23,295 nt of DNA from Trichoplax adhaerens. Lineage: Eukaryota; Animalia; Placozoa. A program made the position numbers and the translations under genes. The stretch is from the NCBI RefSeq assembly GCF_000150275.1, contig NW_002060953.1:1784782-1808076 (forward strand), in the 5' to 3' direction. Below, piece by piece: positions 10,501 through 21,273 of this stretch (its first letter is position 1; the number at the start of each line of letters is the position of its first letter). A model generated the notes under the pieces. That model saw nothing but the letters and a program-made list of their open reading frames with translations. It ran no database searches and was not told the origin of the DNA.

Positions 10501-12163
10501 CTGCGTAGTTTTTCATTCACAATAGCTTTCAGTTACTTTATTACAATTAAATTACTAGCTATTACAATTACATTGTTAGTATAAAGCATTAATTACTGCA
10601 ACTGACTATCGATTTTTGCTCTTCTGAAGAACTTGTACCACATTAGTTCTACTGTAGTACGAAATTATTACATATATTAATAAATCTACTGTGGAAGTGG
10701 ATCTACGTTTAAGGGATTTTGAAAATTTATTAACGCCGCAATCCATATTTTATTTTTTAGAAGAATCCAAACTACTTGTTAAAGTAAAATAGTTTTTAAA
10801 ATATACGACGTAATTCAAATTTTAGTTTATTCGGGAAATCTTTGTTTCCGATTATAAATTTGGATGATCTTTAACAATAAATTGATGCCGAATATTTGTG
10901 ATTAGTTATAGATGAATTAACTTAGCATTTAGCTACATTTAATGAGATAAACAGAATTGCAATGAATAATATTTTTCTTCATTCCTCGAAAATTTATTTA
11001 CGACATAAGTATACTAGCAGTTACGGCAATAACAGATAATCATATTCTTTATCATTTATTTAAGCAATTTGAAACTTTGAAGACTACAGGTTCTTATCGT
11101 CTTATTCGTTTGAAAGGTCTAAATCTGTTAATCTTAAATAAAAAAAAAATCCAACTAAATTTAAGTCTAAAAGTTTAGGAGAAATGGTGCAAAGTAATCC
11201 TATCCCTAAATTTATCTACTTAATGGCGTAATTGTATCTCCTTTTATGCATAACAAGGTAAAATCAACCTTAAACAGCACAAGAATAGCTAGTATGGCTT
11301 AAAATACCCTAGGACATTAATGTTTATAGTCAGTATATGAGAATTTAAAGCTACAGCGCTAAATTCTACCGTAACTAATCATCATTTTGAAGCGATGGTA
11401 ATTTATGACTCCAAAAATCCTTGTCTGGATCTTTGTCAAACTGTAATTTCGTATAATGTGGTCGTATTTGCAGTTGTTTAATTTCTTTATATCTAGCTTA
11501 CATATGTATACTGAAAAGTTTTCTAAATTTTAACATTAGAAGGAGCTGAATGATGATACATAGTCAAGTTTTTAAGAAGTATTAGCCAGTCCTTTCGAAA
11601 TATGTATTTTATACTTTTGATATTATTAAAATGTAGTATCTCATAATCAATTAGACAGGCTATATTTTAACGCATCTAGTAACCCATGCTGTATTTAATT
11701 TTATCGCAATGATCATATAAGTATTTGATGACTGTCCCATCTTCGCTTGAAATTTAGCTCGGCAGTTACGAGCTAGGAATTGCGATATCACATGATTAGG
11801 TATTAAAACAAGAATTTAGATCCATTATAAACAGTACATTTATCACTTGATCCATTTTATTATTGAAGCTTTATGCGTTTAAAGGGAATATGTAATCGAT
11901 CTTAGAAAACACCGACAGCTGAAGTTTTCTTTCAAGATTTTATAGTAATACTGTATTATCAAATACTTCTACGTAAGGACAATCATTTAAGGGAATTAGT
12001 TCCAGTTATCAAAAATAATATATGGAACACGGAGAAAATTATATATTTTTATTATCTAAACATTGGCTTTTGATTTTCTTTTAGCTAATTTTATTTATGA
12101 ATATATCTTACGGGCAAAAGTTGATGTGCCGAACAATCTAATTTACTTATTACTTTAAGAGCT

Positions 12164-14362
12164 TCAATTCACAACACTCCGGGAAAAAGAGTTCTTATAA
12201 TTTCGCGAGTTCGTTATCACTGATTGATCATCCTGGAAGAGTTTCACTGTTTATTCGAAAGAAAAATTATCATTAGTAATTCAATCAAATTACTGAATGC
12301 CATAAGAATTTTTAAATTTATGGAGTTGATTCTATTGCTAGCATTCATATTATCATTAAAACCCCAGTTTTATATTATTAACTAGTGGAACTCAAGCTCG
12401 TTATATTTGGCATACTGTATGCACTTTTACATTTTACTATATAATTTGACATCAAGTTTACTAGCTATTGCGTTTTTTCTAAGATTTACTGCAACACACA
12501 TAGTTGGAAGAGTTCACTAGAGCTTGAGTACTGAACTATGCACTATCATAGATATTACTTCCTTTATAAGTAGAGAACAATGAAAATAACGTTCTATAGC
12601 GGCATACTATAAATACTGAAGGACATCTTTCAACATCAATCAAATAGATAATTTAGGACGTCAATATTTAAGTAAAAAGTCGTTGCAGTGTTTGTGCTAT
12701 CTAAATCCTAACCTTAAAATTGCAGTTAATTTTTAAGTGAAAATATCAAAGTCTATAGTGATTTGCAAAAAATCATATAGATGATGTAAATCAGTTATCA
12801 ACTTAAGCATACTAAATCAAGTATGAAATACTACTTCGTAACACTAGTACACAAGTTACTATTACTTAATTTTCAGAATATGATCGCCAATTTTCGAATT
12901 GCAAGGAACGAAATACATAGAAATAAAATTATGAAAGCTAATACAAGAATGGCTTAACGCTCACAAATTTATCCGCAATGTCTGTCCTTTCAATCTCAAT
13001 AAGCGCTTCCAATAAAGCTTTAGAGGTTGCAATATCTCTACCGACCATATTATACCATTTGTTTAAGACCGCGTATGCTCGATCGAAACCCGATGTTTGT
13101 TCCTCTTTAATAGTATCAGTATCAATGCTTTGGTTAAGTATTTTCCCTAATTTACTCCAGTCTTTACCAATTTTGTTAGCGACAAGGAAAAAGTAGTCCT
13201 TCACATTAGCTGAAAGTTCCGTTGCATTATATTTCAAAATAAGATTAAATTCATTTAAATGGTGTAGCGATATTTCTGTATGCGAGATTACACAAATGTA
13301 CATTTATCCACTTAAACATCTCTAAGCATGCTATTAATCCTTATATATACATTGAGTTATATGAGATTAGTGATAGAATCTTAAAACTATAATTAATAGT
13401 CTACATTTACACCAGGATTACTCAGATTTACTCGTATTATCGTATTCTAACCTTTAAGTGTAGAGTCCACTTCCATCGCTGAATCAAACATACGAATAGA
13501 AAGCACGTTGAAATTGATAGACTTATTAGAATTTTAGGATGAATCGAACACTTTATAATACTTATTGTCTAATCATACTGCAGTATTATAACTTAAATTA
13601 CTTTAATGAAGTACTAACCAACATCATTTCCTCTTCTAACTATGATCAGTAAGATAGTCAATGATAATTTTCATTCATATTTAATAAATCAGATCAGTAT
13701 TAAAAATAGTTCATAGCATTTTTCCTAATTGGTACAATTTCGTACTATTAGGCTACAATAAGCATTATACTTGCTGTCAGTAGCTATCTCTATTTTTATT
13801 TCTTTGCTTGCAAAAAGCAAAGACAAAACAGGTTCAATGAATTAATATACCTGTTTTCTTAGGTACTGGATTGTTTAACTTTCCTGAAATAAAAAAATCA
13901 ACTCGCTTAAGTATAGACTACTGTCACATAAAATTAGAAATTTCGATAACAAATAAAGATCAATCAAGTTAAGAAAGGCTAATTAATAAATGAATAATAA
14001 TATAATAATTTAATAATATATTTTTGAATAGTGAACTCCAATAATACTGTTCATTTGAAGATTTTACTACCTCCAGCTTCAGCCTCTAATTTAGCTCCGA
14101 AAGCTTTCACTGCATTAACATTATTGTTTTTAAGTAAGCCGCAAAATAAGACGAAATCCTCTTCCGTACGTTGGTCCTTTAAGATTTTAAGTAGCTTTCC
14201 ATTCATATCTTCCGTATCATCCAAGGCTCGGATAGCCTTTACCTGTTTTTGACTTAAAATCTTTTCCAGTTCGAGCCTTGTGAATAATTCTTCGATGGGA
14301 ACAATTTTAAGAAATTTGTCACGATTGTTTTCTAATGCTGCCTGAATGTTTGGATTTTCCAT
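12164..14362 (-). CDS. CARD-Death domain adaptor gene A (RAIDD/CRADD-like architecture), ~219 aa; exons 14362-14071, 13883-13851, 13639-13619, 13209-12965, 12232-12164
   Basis: The CARD exon (MENPNIQAALENNRDKF...LELEKILS...NGKLLKIL...FVLFCGLL) has an in-frame TGA upstream of the ATG. Two phase 1-1 microexons follow. The DD exon reads VANKIGKDWSKLGKIL...AYAVLNKW...LLEALIEIERTDIADKF and ends at a |GTGAGC donor. The proposed last exon (DDQSVIT...VVN*) has AATAAA ~70 bp downstream. The exon total of 660 bp is in frame. The alternative end is read-through to the stop at 12938. Confidence 0.85.
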
Positions 14363-14779
14363 ACTGGATCAATAATGATTAAGTTTACGCTAGAAAATTG
14401 ACCTTACGTGAATGGAAATAGAATTATTAAACTATGATTAATATCATTATGTAAAAGTCGAGCTAGAATTAATCAAAAGCTTGTCTTAAAGAAGATCAAC
14501 TTCAAAAATTACTGCAACACTTCGAGTGAAAGAAAAATAATAGAATTGAAGTCTATTTTTACTCCTTTAGACCTATTTTGACTTTCTTCAATATATTTCC
14601 GTTGTACCTGCTATAAATTTGATGTCAATCTAGACTTAAGGCAAGAATTTCTTTCTTTCTCTTAATTTAGTCTTCTACTGTAAATAGTCACTCAAGTAAA
14701 CGGTCTGTTGAAAGATTTGTTTTTTTTGTAAAATGGCCAAGCGTTATACGTACGTCCGTTAACGATAAGATGTGATTGC

Positions 14780-15017
14780 AACCACGTGTGAAACTAAAGG
14801 TTAATATTGAATGACAAATCCTAAAAAAATTTTCGGTCTTTAAATCTTATTCCGATATATGCTCAGGTCAATATCGACCAATCGCCACTGACCCATAATA
14901 ATGGGGTACGGCAGTAACCACGTGTATAATTAAGTCTTAATATTGAACGACAAGTCCAGAAGAATATGCGGCCTTGATATTTTCTTCCAATTTCTATATT
15001 TAGCTTTATATCGATCT
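14780..15017. promoter_or_regulatory. Diverged 136-bp-period duplication upstream of adaptor gene A, each copy with a CACGTG E-box
   Basis: AACCACGTGT...TTAATATTGAA(T/C)GACAA(A/G)TCC at 14780 and 14916. CACGTG at 14783 and 14919, CCAAT at 14878. Confidence 0.55.
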
Positions 15018-16516
15018 TTTGTTACAATTCCGAAATGATGGCTTCGAATCGCTTGATCATGTCATCGATTTCATAATGCTATTTATCTACGCAAAATCAG
15101 GAGATTTTCGAAGTGTATACAACACACAAATGACTATAATATCTATCTTAATTTCGATAGTATAGGTTATTACTTGATTAATAGGTCTAGAACTAACTAT
15201 GCTAAGTGAGTGATGATTGATTAATTATTGCCGCAACCCGCCCATAACCGTACACTTCCGTATATGAATATTTGATTAGAATGATTATGATTAGGCGATT
15301 AGCAATGCTAATGATATGACATTATAAGAGAATAGATATGTCGCGTAAATGATTTCGGATTCATATATTCAAGGATTAACAACTAATTTGTAATAAATGT
15401 GTTCTTTCTGATTTCCTTATAATTCCGATCCCAAACGATTCGGAGCAAAACTGTTTATACGGGGCTTCTTGTTAACAAAAGTCTTCAACTGTAGACTGTA
15501 ATCTCAAGTACAAAAGAAAACCTTATCGTGTTACTTCAACTACTTATATAGTTAGCTATTCTAGACTCGAAGATCATAAACAGGAATTACTGAATAAAAT
15601 CTATTAACTGCTAGACCTAGTATAAGAACGAACTTCTACAATGACTATAGTCTCTTGCGAAACTTAAACTGGAATAATCTTTGTACTAGCGACTTGAACA
15701 TACTTTTACTAGTTTTTACTAGCTCCATAATATAAGACACAGTATTGCAAACCACACAATAACACAACATCATTACAACAACTATTACGAATTACACTTG
15801 CACTGCTTCTAGGAATTATAGTCTTTTAAATGCTTAAATATCAACTCTAAAAAGAAGATTGTGATTGATAACTAACTGCTTAATTCTTTACGAGAATTCT
15901 AAAACTTAAATCAATTATTGCTAGCATCGTAAGGATCATTACAGCATCTGTATTATCAGTAAGCTGTTATTTTTATTGCAAAAAGTCTTACTATATCAGT
16001 AACCCATTGCTATGAAATGGAAAACAATGAACATTAAAAGTTGTATTAATTACAGCCAGTAAGGATTATTACAGTACGCATTTTTTAATTAGTTATTTTA
16101 AATTATCATTATCGCAGACAATTTTAATGTTTTTGTAACCAGTTTAATATTTCTAAATAAAAGTTAGAACAAAATGATATGTGACTTGCATACGTAGCAA
16201 GTGTTAGAGTTTACACGTATGTAAATATGTTATATAATAGTCTGTTTACGTTTTTACATCCCGTTTATATGCTTATATTGAAATGTCTATTATTAATTGT
16301 ATAAAATTTCCAATAATTATTAGCATGAATAATACTTTTCTACGAACCTTAACACGATTATGTACAAAAATTTGAAACCATATTGTAGTGCTTGTCGATA
16401 ATTACATATGATAGTACTCCATAGTATTTTAAAAAAACATTTCATTAATTAGGCATACAGTATTTACATTTAAGTGATTTACAGGGGTGCTTAACTGTTT
16501 TTTTAATTTATAATAT

Positions 16517-17064
16517 TGTGATATATAACGATCACGAAATTCCAAATTTTAGAAAAATAAGAGCTTTATTGAATCTTATACAAAGATTAACTACACACAG
16601 CTCTACTCTAGCCGAATAATTCTACTATAGACTTCTAGAACGAACTAAACAGAATAATCTAAAGTTGCATGCTTTTATACTTTTCCTATATTCGCAGCGA
16701 AAATCCGCATGGCAACCTTTTACCTTATTTTACACATAGAAAAATTATTCTTCGTAACACTATTCTACTGCGGACCATCATTAATCCGATATAGATACGA
16801 CTACATTACTTACGTAGACATTATTCACACCAGCCAAAGTACAATGAATTAACCATATCCTATATATGATTTACAGTTCTATTTTTATCTATAGCCTTAT
16901 TAGTAACTCAATACCTTACTGTATATAGTCATCTATACGCTAGCATAGAATCTATACCGCAGTCTATAGTTATAGCTACCAAATATCTCTTAGGAAAAAT
17001 ATCTACCGTACATTATACTAAACATGGCTAACAGTCTACAATCACAATACAAAGTTACATTACA
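16517..17064 (-). mobile_element. Solo LTR, copy 2 (548 bp), inverted relative to copy 1
   Basis: Same TGTAAT...ATCACA ends on the minus strand. TATAAAA (16679-16673) and AATAAA (16570-16565) are retained. Flanks AATAT/GATAT form a 5-bp TSD with 1 mismatch. Confidence 0.85.
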
Positions 17065-19052
17065 GATATCAATGATTACAGAACAAAACTTCCAGCTGTC
17101 ATTAACATCATTACTGGAGTCGTAATCGAAACTGATAGAATGTAAGCTAAGTTTATGTTTAATTGACAGACAAAAATCTGTTTCTGAATTATAAGAGCTG
17201 TTAATAATCACTGTTTCATTCGGTAGTATCTATTTATTATTGAAAATAAAGCAACTTATTAAACCAATTTTAATAGTATTATTAAATACTCCAATAAATT
17301 TATTAATCCTGGAAAGATATCTGCAATACCGTCAACGAAATTTTAAGAAACATTTATCGCTACTTTACATAAATAGTTGATAATAATAATAACTGCCTAT
17401 ATTATCATTTCACAATCATATTAAATTTTCTAAATAGTGTCCATTCACTCCGTAATACCTCCAATAATTCATTTTATTACATTATCATTTATTAATAGAA
17501 AATTGCGATTGAAATTTTTCAAAGCCGACGTCAGTAAACTAGAAAAACAGCTAAAACCAACCAAAAATCTACAGTAACTCTCTTGATTGCTTAAAATTCG
17601 TTTTTTAATACAAACTATTAGTTAGTCTCTTTTTAGCTATCTTATCAGTTTTAATTCGGTCTCAATAGTTGTGTCCAAATTTGTGAGATAGTAAAACATT
17701 TAAAATTTCTGTGTACTAATAGATTTCATTGTCATATTTCAAAACCCCAACGACGTATATCTGTAGACCGTAATCTATATTAAAGTCAGAATTTCATGGT
17801 AAAAAATAAAGAAATAAGAAAGTTATAAGTATTGAATGCAGAATAATTTATCATTGATAAACACCTTGATGAATATTTAAAAGATAGAGAGATTCAATTT
17901 ACACGTGCCAAATTATATATTCTTAGGCGATAAATATAACAGGTAAGAAACTATGGTGTACCAAAGTGTAACAAAAGTATCTCGTATCTATTTTATCTAA
18001 TTTGAATCTAATTTTTACGAAAGAACCTACTCAGGTGATAAAGTTTTTAAAAAAGGACTCTTATTACAGAGTCTAAGAATACTCGAGTACTAATTAATTA
18101 GAGCACGAAACTAATCAAAAGTATTGTGAACTCTTAAGAAGCGCACTCAAGTTTCGAAGCTCATCTGTGCAGTTCTAAAATCCATTTTCATTTTTAATCT
18201 ATTTAGCACAAAATAGAAAAAACTTTCACTTAAATAGCTAAATCATCGAATGCTTAACAGTATAAATCAATCTGCTTAACTAAATAGCATTACTCTTCTA
18301 TTAACGTACACCCAAAAGGTGTTGCTTATATTCATATTAGCCGTGCATCAATTTAGACATTAGCTGTATTTATTATGCTAAGCTAACTAACTAAGTTTAG
18401 TAATCGACAAACTCTGATACTCGCATAGTAAGTAACAATCATCTAATGTTAGGGGCATGATAGCATCTGTTTATAGAAACCTAACTGTATCATACATAGC
18501 TATTAATACAATCAAATACAGAATGTACTGTATCACTATAGAAAGTTGCAATACAGAGTTGTCCAATTGCTTGTCACAAGACTGTATGCTACATCTAAAT
18601 CAATTTTGTTTCCTGTTTGGTATATTATATTTTATTATAAAGTCATCAGCAAGAATAATAATACCGCCATTGTTAACGAACATATACAGGAAATTATAGA
18701 ACTATAACAGGAGAAGAAAGAGTTATCTAACTGTTTAGTCAGAGAACATTATTTTACATATAAATTAATTTGACTTTCTGCTTATTAAATATAGCTTATG
18801 ACCATTTTTATGAGCGAAATTAATAAATACTGCCATTATCGTTCACCTAATCGATCGTAAAGTAAACAGTACAAGTTCATATGGGTATATTACTCGAAGT
18901 ATAGCGAGCGTGGATTTCATTAGTATTGAGAGTGACAGAACTCTAAGAGAAGAACAAGAAAAATAATCCGTGGTCTTGATATATATATACAGCTAATTGC
19001 CTCTATGCTCTGCAGCGCAAATAAACAAAACCTAGACCGATCATGTTTGTAT

Positions 19053-19178
19053 ATTTGATAAGAATTAACCGAAACTAAAATTTCAACCAATCTTGTGTCT
19101 GCCCTTTACTAAGGAATTTGATAAGAATTAACCGAAACCAAAATTTTAGCCAATCATGTATTTACCCTTTACTAAGAA
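19053..19178 (+). repeat. 63-bp tandem repeat, 2 copies, each with AACCGAAAC and a CCAAT box
   Basis: ATTTGATAAGAATTAACCGAAAC(T/C)AAAATTT(CAA/TAG)CCAATC...CCCTTTACTAAG at 19053 and 19116. Confidence 0.9.
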
Positions 19179-21263
19179 ATAAATAAACAATTCCGGTAAA
19201 TCATCTACTTTTGAGTAACACAGCATTATCCACCTAACTGAAAAAACAGTCATGACAGTGAGTCATATTGCTTTCTTTTCTTGTGGACTTAAAGGTGCAT
19301 ACTCACTGGTCTTTAATATATGTGATATTTTACATTTATAATACCAAACGGCTTTTAATAGAGAATTTAAGCTTCGAATGTGCGTATTTGATAATTCAAT
19401 CGTAATAAAATGATTGTTATTGAAATATGCTGGTAACACGGTAAATATGTTTATAACTACTGAAAGAGTATATAAGAAGGACCGTGATTAATAAAAAGTG
19501 ATTCAGGTTAAGGCTAAGTTGTGTGACAGTTTTACATCGTATATGGTGTTGAGCGAGTTAGTACTTCCAAGGATTCCAGTTACTATACCGTAGGCTAGGG
19601 AAGTAGTTCAGTAGATTAAAGTAAAGTTTATTATAAGTACTGTGTTGTTTTCTTGTGTCACAAGGGTAGTTGTTGCAAGTTAGTAGTACAGTATATCGCC
19701 CTTGGTTTTTAACATACATGAATATAGGACTTTATACAGCATATATGTATTGGATAGACACGATATAAAGTAAAGAGTTTAATGCATATTGGTAATCATA
19801 GATAAAAATTTTAAAATCACAAATTCGTATTTAGATGAATATATCTACGAGTAATATCGAAGTATAACATTACACAAGTCATTGATTCAGCTAGTCTCAT
19901 AAATTCATGACAGAAGTGCCTTTAACAAAACAGCCTCAGCTTTCTAAAGTGATGTATTGCTTGTGGAAAGCAAGCAATCTCCGCAAGGTTCGGAAGCTTT
20001 CGGACAACAGCAAACCAGTGCTTTAAGTTCGATACCACAATCATCAAATGCTTTTACTTCTTGTATAACTCAACAACCAGGTATAATAAGTGTAATCTAT
20101 AATTCACCTACCGCTTAACCTATCGTTTATAAACGGCGACAATTAAATTGCAAAATGTCTTACAATGAATTTAAGTCAAATACGAACAATGATTAAGATA
20201 TCATTATAGATTTAGATGAAAAAAGTGATTTCTAATCGATTGTACTTAATCTTTATGTTGCGTATATCATACCATTTACAACATTTTAAGTAGGATTTTA
20301 AGTCATTGTGAAAACTATTAATCTGCGTCAGCTATCTTTACGAGAAATTTTGCTGATATTATTCTACCTATTTATCAACGTTACTGAACTCTTCTGAGCA
20401 TATCTTGTTTAAATTGCCAAAATCTTTGTACGTATTTTTAAAAATGTCTCTAAGCGAGCCTTAGTTAGCAACAACGCAACAATCGCAGGAGTTCATTCAT
20501 TGCTTCTTTATGTCATTGCAATGTTTTCTGTTCCTTCACTAACATTTGCTTTTAGAGATTTATTGCTGTCTATGCATAATTATAGTGCTATTCTAATTTT
20601 AAATTTCAATTATATGCAAATAAAAATGAAATCTACGGAACTAAGATGTCTTGTAACTACGGTCACTATGGAGAAACTTTGAATAGAAATTTGGAGAGGC
20701 AATAGTATTATTTTAATCTGCTGCTGATTCATTATGTTATAATAGCCAAAGAAACTGGCCCTATTCACTTCTATTCGGCTTCTTTTCAGTGTAATGCTGG
20801 AGTAGAGTTGTTTTTAAGGATAAATCGCCTAGCCACCGTAGTAACTGGCGTAAAACTTAGGGTATTAATTCTAAAGGCATTTCATACATAGTATAGAGCA
20901 AGAAAATAAAACTGTCCTGAAGTAATGTATATTTATCCAGCTATCTATAATTGACATAATTCTTTCTTTATAGACAACGGAAGCATACTCTTATTACGGT
21001 ACTCTAATGTTAAATTTAAATACTGTGTATTAATTTTAAACAGTTTTTTAACGTTATCTGATGAGATTAAAGAGTTTTAGACAATCAATATTTGTAAACT
21101 ATTGGATTCTAATTAATCAAAGACAATTTGATATCAAATATTTTAGTATAAATCTTGACAGACAGTACACCCTACCGGGCTAGTTAAAATGTACTTTTAT
21201 TCCGGTATACTAATGTTAAATTTTAAATAACATAATTGAGAATATAAAACTCAGACGTAAGCC

Positions 21264-21269
21264 TTTATT
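21264..21269 (-). terminator. Candidate polyadenylation signal of adaptor gene B
   Basis: AATAAA on the minus strand, 4 nt after the TAA stop. Confidence 0.45.
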
Positions 21270-21273
21270 GCAG

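Noticed and set aside
12978-14252. + strand ORFs 12978-13196 and 14031-14252 (likewise 21356-21565 and the minus ORF 2024-2251)
   Set aside because: Antisense shadows of real CARD, DD or Roco exons.
4840-17064. A single 12-kb element with 550-bp terminal inverted repeats (Polinton, DIRS or foldback type)
   Set aside because: Each repeat has its own TSD and LTR anatomy. The outer flanks (GGAGT vs GATAT) match less well, and the interior holds host genes with no transposase, integrase or polymerase.
19053-19178. CRISPR-like array
   Set aside because: Only two adjacent copies, no unique spacers, no cas genes, and a eukaryotic context.
3082-20682. Short ORFs at 3082, 5056, 9906, 16990, 18457 and 20500
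   Set aside because: No recognisable motifs and composition typical of AT-rich noncoding DNA. Two overlap the LTRs and one lies in an intron.
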